A program made the translations under genes and the position numbers. Shown here in pieces: positions 34,973 to 45,900 of a stretch of DNA of 64,000 bases (position 1 is its first letter; every line of letters starts with the position of its first letter). The stretch is taken from the NCBI GenBank assembly GCA_024280835.1, contig JAJRPJ010000018.1:5390-69389 (forward strand), in the 5' to 3' direction. Source of the stretch: Candidatus Zixiibacteriota bacterium (GTDB taxonomy: Bacteria > Zixibacteria > MSB-5A5 > GN15 > JACZUZ01). The notes beneath the pieces were generated by a model that worked only from the letters and a program-made list of their open reading frames with translations, did no database searches and was not told the DNA's origin.

Positions 34973-35691
34973 AATGTCGACTCCTTTACACCATCACCAC
35001 CATTGTCTGTATTGGCTGATTCACTGGACACTTCTGATTGTAAGTCGGAACCAGATTTCGAGTCAACTGTAGCCAGTAAGCTACCATTCAATGACTGGGG
35101 GGATGCAATACCACCCGAAACTAGAAATCTGAATCCTTCCTCAATTGTCATATCTAACAATACAACATCTTCCGCCGGAGCCAAAATCACCATACCAGAA
35201 ACAGGAGTGGGAGTCGAAGGAACAAACAAACAGACCATTGGGCTTGAGTTTCCATCAATTACTAGCTCTGGTCGTTTCACAGAAAATGCTAACGCGTAAA
35301 CGCCACGTCTTGGATACTCCACCAAGACCACTTGCTTGAAGGCTTGCTTGTTTGGTAAACTGACCCCTTCGACTAGCTGCTTTGCGGCGCCATAGATAGT
35401 CCTCACACCAGGGAAATTATTGAGGAATGCTTCTCCCCAGCGAAGTAATCTTGAGCCAACGAGATTCCGAGTCAGAATACCAACTAGTAGTATTAGCAGG
35501 CCTGTGGTTATCAGACCCAGGCCAGGGATACTGTAGCCGACAAGGTGTGTTACCAAGGGGGCTAGGATACCGTCGATTGATTCGAAGAGAAATTTTAGTA
35601 GAATGAAAGTAAGGATTAGTGGCGCAACCACCAACGCCCCAGAAATGAAGTTCCGTTTGAGGACGACTCTAATTCGGTAAAATAATGGCAC
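34969..35691 (-). CDS. DUF502 family membrane protein
   Basis: LKRNFISGALVVAPLILTFILLKFLFESIDGIL...PGLGLITTGLLILLVGIL...VPSTPTPVSG fits DUF502. A 4-nt overlap links it to the downstream EIIA-CBS gene. Confidence 0.7.
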   Translation of the reverse strand: MPLFYRIRVVLKRNFISGALVVAPLILTFILLKFLFESIDGILAPLVTHLVGYSIPGLGLITTGLLILLVGILTRNLVGSRLLRWGEAFLNNFPGVRTIYGAAKQLVEGVSLPNKQAFKQVVLVEYPRRGVYALAFSVKRPELVIDGNSSPMVCLFVPSTPTPVSGMVILAPAEDVVLLDMTIEEGFRFLVSGGIASPQSLNGSLLATVDSKSGSDLQSEVSSESANTDNGGDGVKESTL

Positions 35692-35838
35692 AAGCTCTCC
35701 AGATAACTAATGCAACACGAAATGAATACTTAGTTAGATATGCGTAACAACAATTCATCCAACGGTCGACTTAGCGGCGACTGGATGACACCTAACATTA
35801 TTCAAAAATTCCTGAGCCTCTGTCAAGCGCTAGATATT

Positions 35839-37446
35839 CTATAACCCAAAAACGCTGACAGCCTGCACAGTAAGAACCTCAACAACAGATGGAGCAACTC
35901 CAGCATAGATTAGGATTGCGCAGGTTATCGCCGCCGCTAGTCTCATTGACATGGTTAAACCTGGCTCAGAATGTTTCTCTGCAAATTCAGTTTTTTGGAA
36001 TAAGCTCCAAACCAACCGCCCGATTGAGAACAGTATTACTAATGAAACCACAACTATCAGTGAAAACGCCCACCACTGTTGAGAGTCAAGCGCAGATTCA
36101 GCCAGTCCCAGTCTGGCGACGAATCCGCCAGTAAATGGCGCCGCCGCCAGTGAAGCCAAACCCAAAGTCAAAACCCCAGCTATCAACGGAGAGCGACGAG
36201 CGAGACCTCTAAGGTCTGATAGCTCAACCTCGGCGATTCGTCCACTTGACTGCCAATCTCCAAAGCCAACTGGCGCCATCCTCTCTATCAACGGCAAAAG
36301 CATGGACAGTGACAAAACAGTAAACATTGTTTGTATCAATGCTCCCGAGAGACCCGCTGAATTGGCGCTGATAACCCCAATCATAACAAACCCACCTTGA
36401 GCCAAAGCAATCCATAGCAACATTCGCCGCACAGAGCGTTCGCGCAAAATTGCGGCTACAGTTAGGAACATTGAAATTGTGAGTATGATTGTTAGCGCAG
36501 GGGCCCAATCCAAGGGGGCCATGACATCGCCAGAAAATGCGATCAAGACATTGTCGAAGACTCTCAAGAAAGTAATCGACCCAGTCAATATGCCTGTGAG
36601 TATCGCCAGCGGTAGAGCGCCACTCCTTCTGGAGGCATGAAACTCTCCCATCCATAAGTGAAATGGCGCGAGGCCCATTTTTGCCGCTAGCCCAGCGCTC
36701 AGTAGAGCCACAGCCAAGATCATTGAAGGGCCGATTTTCTTGTAGGTCAAAAAGACGATTGAAATGTTCACACGTAGTTGGAGCAAATTTGTTTCGCCAC
36801 CAATGCCATAGAGGACTGCCAATCCAAAGAGAAAAATCAAGGAACTGAAAATTCCATAGCCGAAGAAACGCAAAAATTTATCTCGAAGTCCATTGGCGAT
36901 TTCCAAATTGGCGCCTGTATCGCCGTGCGATGCTTCTGTTTCTGCTATGTGAGTGATTCCTCTGAAATAGAGATACAGTGGAATCGCGCACAATTCCACT
37001 CCTATAAACAAAGTCACTAGGTCATAGGCCTCCGCTAAGAAGAAAACTCCACCGACGCTTAGAAGTAGGATTGGATAAATTAGTTCTAAAACGCGCTGTT
37101 GCAAGCGAGGGGTTTTGACATTGTCCGCAGAGGCGGGCAAGAAAATCGCTAAGAGCGTAAAACCACTAACTGCCACTAGTCGGAAAAATCTGCTAAACGG
37201 ATCATGCAACAAAATGGCGCCCATTTGCGATGAGAACTGTGTCTGCAATTCAATCCAGCCTGCTATTAACAAAATAGTGATGGTCCACATGCGTGAAATG
37301 TGCGAACGTTTCGAATCACCCACAAATCGCATCAATACGAAGCTCAGGCCCGCTCCACAAAAAAGAAACAATGTCGGAGCCATGACACTCAAACTCGCAA
37401 GCGATGGCCAGACCAATAAACTTGATGTTGCGTCCACAGGGTTCAT
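35839..37446 (-). CDS. NuoN/NuoM/NuoL-family antiporter-like subunit (Proton_antipo_M type)
   Basis: FIGVELCAIPLYLYF (TM5 Glu context) and AAKMGLAPFHLWMGEF (the K...PFH.W motif) are typical of complex I subunit N/2. The protein is polytopic and 535 aa long. Confidence 0.7.
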   Translation of the reverse strand: MNPVDATSSLLVWPSLASLSVMAPTLFLFCGAGLSFVLMRFVGDSKRSHISRMWTITILLIAGWIELQTQFSSQMGAILLHDPFSRFFRLVAVSGFTLLAIFLPASADNVKTPRLQQRVLELIYPILLLSVGGVFFLAEAYDLVTLFIGVELCAIPLYLYFRGITHIAETEASHGDTGANLEIANGLRDKFLRFFGYGIFSSLIFLFGLAVLYGIGGETNLLQLRVNISIVFLTYKKIGPSMILAVALLSAGLAAKMGLAPFHLWMGEFHASRRSGALPLAILTGILTGSITFLRVFDNVLIAFSGDVMAPLDWAPALTIILTISMFLTVAAILRERSVRRMLLWIALAQGGFVMIGVISANSAGLSGALIQTMFTVLSLSMLLPLIERMAPVGFGDWQSSGRIAEVELSDLRGLARRSPLIAGVLTLGLASLAAAPFTGGFVARLGLAESALDSQQWWAFSLIVVVSLVILFSIGRLVWSLFQKTEFAEKHSEPGLTMSMRLAAAITCAILIYAGVAPSVVEVLTVQAVSVFGL

Positions 37447-38042
37447 ATTTTACTCACCGACGCTTGCATTGTCGTTTGAAGGTTGGCCGTTGATTGTTTT
37501 TTGAGTTGTTCCTCTCGTCTTCGGCGATACAAAATGTGAGTCAATATCCCAACACCAACAACAAACGCCAACGCCGCTACCATAGAAAGTTTCATCAATA
37601 CGTAACCCACAACAAAGACCATCATCACCGAGACTTGAAATGCAAAACTATCAGTGAATGACACGACGCCGACAAAACCTTCACCTCGTCGCCGAGTATG
37701 TCCGATTTGCGTTGTAACCTTGGCGGAATTACGATTCAAATTCTCTGAGTCAGTTTCTTCTCTCTTTGAAGCTTCCACTATTCTCTGACTGTCCTGACGG
37801 ACAAATTGAGCTGCGAAAACACCATAGGCTATCGACAATACCAGAACAACCAGTGCAAAGAAGTATCCGCTCGTTTCAGTTGGCTGTATTAAACGATTGA
37901 ATGTCACAAAAGCCAGAGCTATCGCTCCAGCCGAAATAGACAGAGACATCAGGGCGCCAGCAAAAGAACGCCTAGTGAGGGCCCCATAGACACCAATAGA
38001 AAAGAGCACTCCAGAGAGAGCCATGTAACGCACGATCTCCAT
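37443..38042 (-). CDS. NuoK-like small membrane subunit with a ~100-aa C-terminal extension
   Basis: The first ~95 aa align by eye to NuoK (LSGVLFSIGVYGALTRRSFAGALMSLSISAGAIALAFV versus E. coli [36 protein letters not shown]). A charged linker and two extra hydrophobic helices follow. Confidence 0.5.
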   Translation of the reverse strand: MEIVRYMALSGVLFSIGVYGALTRRSFAGALMSLSISAGAIALAFVTFNRLIQPTETSGYFFALVVLVLSIAYGVFAAQFVRQDSQRIVEASKREETDSENLNRNSAKVTTQIGHTRRRGEGFVGVVSFTDSFAFQVSVMMVFVVGYVLMKLSMVAALAFVVGVGILTHILYRRRREEQLKKQSTANLQTTMQASVSKI

Positions 38043-38575
38043 TAGCCTTGGCGCTCCTTTTCAACTACAGAGCTACTTTCTAGTATAGAAACTTTCGAAC
38101 GCCTAACTTGAAAAGCAAAAAGCGCCACCATTGACAAGAGCGCCAAGCAACCAATCAAGGCTGGGAAATAATGAGCGCCGAGTTTTTCAAGAAGAGCTAT
38201 GTCGATTGATGCTGGAGCTTCACCTGTGTGCGAACTCCAAATGCTATAAATCCAGACAGGCGTAACTGTCATCAAGAAACACAGTAAGACAAACACAGCT
38301 ACAGTCTGATTTGGACTTGTCAGCATGCTCACCTTGTCATCAGCCCGCTCCCCACTACGTTTGAATTTCTTTTGATAGATTACTAGCGCAATCATTCCGA
38401 TAACACCTAGCGCCACTGTTAATGAAATAATCGAAAGCCAGTAGAACATTCCACCCAAAGCCAAACAAAACAGAGAAAATGCAAAGACAGCGCCTTTCGG
38501 AGATTTGATGGTCACCGCACTTAGCGCTGCGCTTACAACTAGAGTTGCAAGAAGATAGAACACCATGTCTGTCAT
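38042..38575 (-). CDS. NuoJ-like membrane subunit (divergent)
   Basis: Size (177 aa), helix layout, N-terminus MVFYLLATLVVSAALSAVTIKSP, and position directly upstream of the NuoK-like gene. Similarity is weak. Confidence 0.45.
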   Translation of the reverse strand: MTDMVFYLLATLVVSAALSAVTIKSPKGAVFAFSLFCLALGGMFYWLSIISLTVALGVIGMIALVIYQKKFKRSGERADDKVSMLTSPNQTVAVFVLLCFLMTVTPVWIYSIWSSHTGEAPASIDIALLEKLGAHYFPALIGCLALLSMVALFAFQVRRSKVSILESSSVVEKERQG

Positions 38576-38803
38576 CTATAGATTATCCTAATACTGAACA
38601 TTCAAGTATGGACTGCTAAAACACTGAATCAAGCTGGAAATGTTTCTAATTGAAACAGTCTTGTCTCCAGTGATAATTGCTTCAGGAGATTTCCAATTGC
38701 GCTCTAACTCCTTCAGCGTCCTTATCTTTATCGGTCATCATTGACACTGGCGCCACTCAGAACGCGCTTTTTCCTGAGAGAAACACTCGTGTCGTTATAC
38801 GTT

Positions 38804-39193
38804 TTATCCACTAATTGCAACTGCATCAATTTCGACAAGAACGTCCTTAGGCAAACGTGCCACTTCAACAGTCGCTCGTGCGGGGTATGGCTCTACAAAA
38901 AACGATCCATAGACCTCATTGACAGCGGCAAAATCATCCATTGATTTGACATAAATAGTTGTCTTGACCACATCAGTTAGACTTGCGCCTGCAGCGACTA
39001 TCACGGCCGAAAGGTTCTTGAGAACTTGCTTGGTTTGTTCAGTCGCATTATCGCCGATAATTTTTCCAGTGGCTGGGTCAAGTGGTATTTGGCCTGAACA
39101 AAACAGCATTTGTCCTCCAGCGCTTTGTACCGCCTGTGAATAGGGACCAATTGCCGATGGGGCTTCGTTTGTCTTTATGATTGTCTTGGACAT
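38804..39193 (-). CDS. ridA: RidA family reactive-intermediate/imine deaminase
   Basis: APSAIGPYSQAV...LFCSGQIPLDPATG...QTKQVLKNL...VVKTTIYVKSMDDFAAVNEVY...PARATVEVARLPKDVLVEIDAVA is near-textbook YjgF/RidA. Confidence 0.9.
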   Translation of the reverse strand: MSKTIIKTNEAPSAIGPYSQAVQSAGGQMLFCSGQIPLDPATGKIIGDNATEQTKQVLKNLSAVIVAAGASLTDVVKTTIYVKSMDDFAAVNEVYGSFFVEPYPARATVEVARLPKDVLVEIDAVAISG

Positions 39194-39409
39194 GGTTTGT
39201 AACCCTCAATTTTGTTCAGTCTCATTTTGCTGATTTTATTGATTCCTCAGAATAGTTGATTGTCGAATAAGTAAATATTCAAATCAACACAACAACAAAG
39301 AAGTCCTGTTGCCGAAACAATGTCAACTTCGAGTTAATTATCTGATGTATGTGTGTATACGGGTATCTAGGGAGTGGCAATCTGAGCGTTGTGCATCAGA
39401 AATTGAAAT

Positions 39410-40480
39410 TCAACAAGCCTCATCGTTGGAGACACCAAAAGTGTCACTGACAATCTCTATGTCTTGCTCTGGCTCAGATTTTGGAGAGTTTTGATCACTA
39501 TCGGGACCGAGCAAAACTGTAAAACTTCGTAAGAGGTTTGGATCATACGCATCAGTTTCGGCGTACATGACTCTCAGCGCATCGAAAGGACTCATGGCAG
39601 CCTGATAAACACGGTCGGAAGTCATGGCATCGAAGCTATCGACAATAGCTACAATACGACTGAAGATGTGCGTTGCTGAAAAATCGAGACTATGAGGATA
39701 GCCGCGACGATTACCGCGCTCATGATGCTGTAAAACAGGGAAATAGCTTTCCTCGGTGATTTCATTGCTAGAGCGTAGGATATCTATGCCCCATTCAGGA
39801 TGGCGTTTGACGATTTCAAACTCTTTCAATGAGAGGCGAGATGTTTTGCTGAGAATCCTATCGGAGACTTTGGACTTTCCGACATCATGCAATAGCGCTC
39901 CCACGCCTAAGTCGTAGATAAACTTTGGATCTGTATACCCCGCTTGATTGGCCAGCGCCAGCGCCAACGTACAAACATTGACTGAGTGACTATATGTCGA
40001 ATAATTGACATTGGTGATTTTCAGCAAATTGATAAATGCGTCTCGGCCCTGTACTAAGTATGAAATCGTGGAACTAACAAGGTCTTTGCTGCGGCGAATG
40101 TTTTCGCCATAGGTTGGATTGGCAAACACTTCTTCTACTAAAGCCTTGCTGGACTCATAGAGAATTCCTGCCTTCTTGGAGGCAGGTAAGTCTGGACTTG
40201 CCAAAATGACATCAAGATTTTTTTCGAGATAGCGCTGAAAAGCTCCGCTAGCGGCCCCAGCTATAAAAAGAACATCAACACCATTTTCGAGTAGTTTGCG
40301 CTGGGTCTGTTCCGTAAAAGGTAGGTCAGCGCCACGATAGAGTGTCATTTGACGATCCCGTTTGACATACAAATCAAAATCAAGAACCGCATCTAGCCGT
40401 AGTGTTTCCAAGTGAATTGGAACAAACGGAAGTTGTTTCGATTTAGAAGAACTGGAGAATCTGGCCTGTAGAGTCGTCAT
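39410..40480 (-). CDS. HD-GYP domain protein (putative c-di-GMP phosphodiesterase)
   Basis: HSVNVCTLALALA...GALLHDVGKSKV...HHERGNRRGYPH...DSFDAMTSDRVY. Confidence 0.85.
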   Translation of the reverse strand: MTTLQARFSSSSKSKQLPFVPIHLETLRLDAVLDFDLYVKRDRQMTLYRGADLPFTEQTQRKLLENGVDVLFIAGAASGAFQRYLEKNLDVILASPDLPASKKAGILYESSKALVEEVFANPTYGENIRRSKDLVSSTISYLVQGRDAFINLLKITNVNYSTYSHSVNVCTLALALANQAGYTDPKFIYDLGVGALLHDVGKSKVSDRILSKTSRLSLKEFEIVKRHPEWGIDILRSSNEITEESYFPVLQHHERGNRRGYPHSLDFSATHIFSRIVAIVDSFDAMTSDRVYQAAMSPFDALRVMYAETDAYDPNLLRSFTVLLGPDSDQNSPKSEPEQDIEIVSDTFGVSNDEAC

Positions 40481-40620
40481 TAGTCACACTAATATTGCAT
40501 TACTTTTTCTGCTGAAGAAGAAGCCTATCTATAAGTAATAATATCGTCAACAATCACTCTGCGGTCCTGCCCAAATTGTGCACAATTGTTCGTCGCCTAT
40601 GAGAAGGTAAATAGCTAGGT

Positions 40621-40668
40621 TTTTGGGAAAGAAAAAGCCGAACTCCGGGGAGAAGTCGGAGTTCGGCT
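40621..40668 (-). terminator. rho-independent terminator of the 209-aa gene
   Basis: agccgaactccg (40636-40647) pairs with cggagttcggct (40657-40668). On the minus strand it is followed by tttttctttccc. Confidence 0.65.
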
Positions 40669-40777
40669 TGACTACAGAGAAGGGAAGGGAGAAAAAAACT
40701 TTTACCAATCGATACGGTGTCGCACAAAAAATGTAGAATTGCTGTAATAACATTACTGCAATATTGGGCGCCATTAG

Positions 40778-41407
40778 TTATGGCTGATAGTTCTTGATAC
40801 GCATTAGTACTGTCTCTAAGGATTCATTGATGCTGCCAAGCGCTTTGGCGTAGCGTCTCAACAGTTCGCTATATTGCCAGCGCATTTTGAAAGCTTGGTC
40901 TGGGAAATCAAATAGTCCAAGCAGTGTGGCTTTGCAAATCTCATCGATGTATTTGATAACATAGTAAGGATAGTCTGGGACTAGATCGTCACGTGTCTCT
41001 CCGCGTCCGAGTCTCTCGCGGTAGACTTCAATTTTTTCAAGAGTAACAGTTCCAAAACACCAAGGTGTCATGATTACACCGAAGTTTGAATTGTCTGTGT
41101 AGAAGTTTAGCGCAGCCTTGCGAACAATATTAAGGATTATCATTCTAGCCCGAAAATAGGCTAGCGACTCTGCGTTTTCTGTCGGAGTTAATTCAATTTT
41201 CTGCTCTACAACACTCATTTGTTCAGAACAATTTTCATAGACTTTTTCGAGGAAACAGTAATAGTCATCAAAATAGACTTTCACGTCCTCTGAGAGAGTT
41301 TGGACATAGAATCCACCCTCATCTTCACGTACACGCGGTTCGACAACCCGAGTTAGCCTTTCGTTGGTGAATCCGCGCTGATGTCTTCCGTCAATCATAG
41401 TAGTCAT
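40778..41407 (-). CDS. hypothetical cytoplasmic protein (209 aa), no recognisable family
   Basis: A clean ORF bounded by terminator hairpins on both sides, with no TM segment or signal peptide. I recognise no motifs. Confidence 0.5.
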   Translation of the reverse strand: MTTMIDGRHQRGFTNERLTRVVEPRVREDEGGFYVQTLSEDVKVYFDDYYCFLEKVYENCSEQMSVVEQKIELTPTENAESLAYFRARMIILNIVRKAALNFYTDNSNFGVIMTPWCFGTVTLEKIEVYRERLGRGETRDDLVPDYPYYVIKYIDEICKATLLGLFDFPDQAFKMRWQYSELLRRYAKALGSINESLETVLMRIKNYQP

Positions 41408-41625
41408 TCTCCTTTTGCGTATCTCTTCCCGTTAACCAAACGATCTAAATGCAAAGAGAGCGCCCTGATACTCCAGAAAGCCTGTTTCAAGAATGACTAC
41501 TAGCGACAATGACGTAAGCTGTTGTTACGACGCAAGATAGCGCTGAGAGTGGTAGTGAGAACTACACAACGGAAACAAGTGGGCCAAATATTGCAACCCT
41601 GCAAATATGATTCAATAATCGCAAT

Positions 41626-41666
41626 AAAAAGACATATGCGCAGAGGATTGCGCATATGTCTTTATT
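41626..41666 (-). terminator. rho-independent terminator downstream of the TolB-like gene
   Basis: gacatatgcgca (41631-41642) pairs with tgcgcatatgtc (41649-41660). An A5 run on the plus strand gives T5 after the hairpin on the minus strand. Confidence 0.6.
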
Positions 41667-41764
41667 CAATAAGAACAATATTCACCAAAAACAATATTCA
41701 CTAAAAGAAGTATTGGCGAAGAGAAGTAGAGATTGAAATCAAATCCTAAAATACGAATTGATAA

Positions 41765-42898
41765 TCAGTGTTTCCAGTCGCAAATGAAGACATTTGTTTC
41801 GCCGCGTCTACTATTATTGCGATTTGAAGAAAACACTAACTTTGTGCCATCATAGGAAAACATCGGAAATCCATCAAAAGTCTCATTGAATGTAATTTGT
41901 TCGATTTCTTTGGTAGTGACATCAACAGTGTAGAGATCAAAGTTGCGACCTCTAGGGGCATTCATATTTGAGGCAAAAATAATGTACTCCCCCGAAGGAT
42001 GCCAATAGGGGCCAAAATTCGCCTTACCATTATCAGTGAGTCGCACCACATCTGTACCGTCAGCATTGGCTATATATATGTCCAACTTGCTTGGCCGGAT
42101 AAGCCCTTCTTTTAGTAAAGCCTGATAATCTTCAAGTTCTTCACCTTCAGGACGTGAGGCTCGCCAAACTATTTTCTTGCTGTCACGAGAGCAAAACGCG
42201 CCGCCGTCATAGCCAAGCGTATGTGTCAATCTGGTCTGTTCGGAGCCATCGGGATTCATTGTGTACAATTCCAAATCACCGTCACGCACTGAAGTGAAAA
42301 TAATCTTGCTTCCATCAGGGGAGATAACTCCCTCGGCGTCATAACCTGCAGTGTTGGTCAATTGCCTGATATTTGACCCATCAGGATCTGCGGCAAAGAT
42401 ATCATAGCTCGAATAAATCGGCCACACATAACCACGACTATGGTCTGGCTTAGGTGGGCAATCGTCGCCTGCGAGATGCGTGGAAGCGTAGATAATTGAT
42501 TTTCCATTGGGAGCGATGAAAGCGCAAGTGGTGACACCGTTACCTGTGGAAATCTGACTAACATTATCGCCATCAGCATCCATTCGGAAAATCACATCAC
42601 ATTTGAGACTATCGCGAGTGGTTTGAAAAATTAGCTCGGAACCATCGAAAGAAAAATAGGCTTCGGCGTTTTCGCCGCCGAAAGTTAATTGCCTCATGTT
42701 GGAAAAGCGTTTTTCTTTTTTCAAAATGTGATTTGTGGTGGTTGTCGTGAGCGCAATTGTCGAGTCAGGATTATGGTCAAGACTTTGGGCGTGAACTGCC
42801 CCTGCGGTTGCCAGACATAGTAAGGTGAGAAAAACAAATATCCTGAGTTCAAAATTTCTAATCATCCTTGACTTCACTCCCATTGAATAGTTTGACAT
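41765..42898 (-). CDS. TolB-like / PD40 beta-propeller repeat periplasmic protein
   Basis: Repeated PD40-type blades (FSFDGSELIF, ISPDGSKIIFTSVRDG, YTMNPDGSEQTRLT, WHPSGEYIIFASN, FSYDGTKLVFSSNR). The signal peptide starts at the internal MIRNFELRIFVFLTLLCLATAGAVHA. Confidence 0.75.
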   Translation of the reverse strand: MSNYSMGVKSRMIRNFELRIFVFLTLLCLATAGAVHAQSLDHNPDSTIALTTTTTNHILKKEKRFSNMRQLTFGGENAEAYFSFDGSELIFQTTRDSLKCDVIFRMDADGDNVSQISTGNGVTTCAFIAPNGKSIIYASTHLAGDDCPPKPDHSRGYVWPIYSSYDIFAADPDGSNIRQLTNTAGYDAEGVISPDGSKIIFTSVRDGDLELYTMNPDGSEQTRLTHTLGYDGGAFCSRDSKKIVWRASRPEGEELEDYQALLKEGLIRPSKLDIYIANADGTDVVRLTDNGKANFGPYWHPSGEYIIFASNMNAPRGRNFDLYTVDVTTKEIEQITFNETFDGFPMFSYDGTKLVFSSNRNNSRRGETNVFICDWKH

Positions 42899-42960
42899 AT
42901 ATCACAGGGCTAGATGTAGCTATCTCATGACTCGCGGTTGTCATGGTTGTGTCACGCCGT

Positions 42961-45900
42961 CTAATTATCTTTTCCTACTTTTTCCAATTCAAGCCGCAAA
43001 TGATGCAAACGATCGTCTTCTGAAACTGCGCGATGGTCTATTACAATTTTTGCATGCGGCGAGAATGAAAACTCCATGTGCTCTTCAATCGCTTGGCGCA
43101 GACGTTCAATATCCGACCTGCCGAGCGCTTTGGTAGCTTCAAAATGTAATTCAACTTTTCCGGATTTGACCCTAACTTTTTCAACACCTAGCTCGGCTAC
43201 TAGGATTTTGACTGAAGTCGCTTCAATCAAATTTTCCGCTGGCTGTGGCGGACGGCCATAGCGGTCAATCATTTCGTCACGGATTCTCCAGACTTGAGTT
43301 AGATTCTTCGCTTGCGCTAGACGACGATAAATATCAACCTTGTGCTGCTTGACATCTATATATGTTATTGGCAGATGTAATTCATAATCAGTTTCTAGTG
43401 TCACCTCCGGCAGTGCGCTTGAGGCCTCACCACGTAACTCAGCCACCGCTTCTTCGAGCAATTTCGTATACATGTCAAAACCGATTTCATCAATGAAACC
43501 CGACTGTCTGGCTCCGAGCATATTTCCTGCGCCTCGGATTTCAAGATCGCGCATCGCCAGTGCGAAACCGCTACCAAGTTCGGTGTGTGACTCAATGGCC
43601 TTGAGGCGTCTGCGTGCGTCTTCGGTCATTCGCCTATAGCCAGGTGTCAGTAAGTATGAATAGGCCTGCTCTGAGGAGCGACCGACACGGCCACGCAATT
43701 GATACAATTGCGCCATGCCGAATCTGTCGGCTCGGTCTAGAATGATAGTATTGACATTGGGAATATCTAAACCCGATTCAATAATCGAAGTGCACAATAA
43801 CATCTGGGCTTTCTTATCCACAAAGTCCATCATCACCTTTTCAAGCTGACGCTCAGGCATTTGGCCGTGACCAACTAACATCGAAACTTGCGGTAGCAGG
43901 CGTTTCAAATATTCCTGCACAGCGGGCATCGTTTGCACACGATTATGGACAAAGAACACTTGTCCGTCGCGATCAATTTCCCGCAGAACCGCCTCAACAA
44001 TAATTTCCGCAGTAAACTCACTAACCACTGTCGTAATTGGCAGGCGTCCTTTGGGTGAACTGGAAATCAATGACATATCACGAGCGCCAGAGAGCGACAT
44101 TTGTAGTGTGCGAGGAATAGGAGTGGCAGTAAGTGTAATCGTATCTACGTTCGCTCGAAACTCACGTAGACGCTCTTTGTGTTTGACACCAAAGCGTTGC
44201 TCTTCATCAACTACTAATAATCCCAAATCACGGAACACTACTTTCTTATTGAGAATTCGTTGCGTCCCAATTAGTACATCCACCTTTCCTGACTTCACAC
44301 CTTCTTCGGAGATTTTCATCTCTTTGGCAGTGCGGAAACGGCTCATCATATCGATGCGTAATGGAAAAGACTTTAGTCGCTCTTTGAAAGTATTGTAGTG
44401 CTGTTGGGCGAGGATTGTCGTCGGGACTAGGACGGCCACTTGTTTGCCGTCCTCAATACATTTGAGCGCCGCACGCACGGCAACTTCGGTTTTGCCAAAA
44501 CCAACATCACCGCAAATCAAGCGATCCATGGGTGACTCTTTTTCCATGTCCTTTTTGACCATCACAATCGCTTTGAGCTGGCCTTCGGTTTCTTCATAAG
44601 GAAATGATGCTTCAAGTTCGCGCATCCAAGTTGTGTCTGGACCAAAGGCGTGCCCTGGATTTGCTTTTCGTTCGGCGTACAGACGCACCAAACGCTCGGC
44701 CATCTCTTCGATACTCTTCTTGGCGCGGTTCTTGAGTTTCTCCCAGCCTTGGGCGCCAAGAATTGATAGCGAGGGAGCGGCGTCTTTTCCGCCGTACTTA
44801 CTGACACGATTGAATTCTTCAATCGGCACAAAGAGTTTGTCGGATTTGGCGTATTGTAGTGACAAGCAATCACGATGACGGCCATCAAGAGTAATCGTCT
44901 CCAACCCCAAATAACGCGCAACACCATACTCCGTGTGGACAACATAGTCACGTGGTTCAAGATTAGTGTAACTGCTGATAGTCACACCCTCTTTGAAATA
45001 TTTGCGTTTGCGACGTCGGTATGCGCTTTTGAATATTTGATGATCTGTTAGAATTGAAAACTTTGCGTCAGGTAGGAAAAATCCACCCTGTAATAGCGCC
45101 ACAACAACCTGCGGATCCTCGCCAGGGACATTGTCACGAATCAAATCGGTGAGACGCTCTGACTGTCCAAGATTATCGGCGCAAATGACATAGGTGATTC
45201 CTGCGACACGATAAGCCGAAACAACTTCCGCCAGCTTTTCCATTTTAGCGACAATTGGTGGTGGCTCTTGACAACCCAGATCTATGACATCAGACGCAGC
45301 GCCACGAAACAAGCGAATATCAATTTTGGAGCGGCTTTCGGATTGAGCTAGAAGCTCTTCTGGAATACTATAGAACGGCTTCAAGCCTGACAACGACGGC
45401 AACGAGATTTCCATACGCTCTTGACGCTTCACACCATCCTGAAAAATCTCTTTGGCTTCTTCTTTCAAGGCTTCCAAGTTGTCAGTGACAATAATTCCAT
45501 TTTGGGGAAAATGCTCAAGAGCCGAAGCCTGTGATCCTCCAAATGCGGAAGAGAGCCACTCAAGGCCTGGCGCTTCAGGATCATTGACGAACCGTGAGCG
45601 TAGTATTTCATCCTCATCTGGAGAAACAGACTCAAGGAATGTCTCGACTTTTTCAGTCGGATAGAAACATTCTCGGCGGGGCAAGAGATGACATTCCTGC
45701 AAGCGATCACGAGTGCGTTGATCGCCAACATCGAAAGTGCGTATCGAGTCCACCGTATCGCCGAAGAACTCCACTCGCAATGGCGAGGTTGACCCAGGAG
45801 AGAAGAAATCAATCAAACCACCACGCAGAGAAAAGTCACCGACTTCCTCAACATTAGCCGCACGCCTGAAACCCAGCCCGACAAGAAACTCAGCCAATTC

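Noticed and set aside
40547-40774. 75-aa minus-strand ORF
   Set aside because: It spans the terminator hairpin of the 209-aa gene, its composition is F/P/L-rich, and it has no ribosome-binding site.
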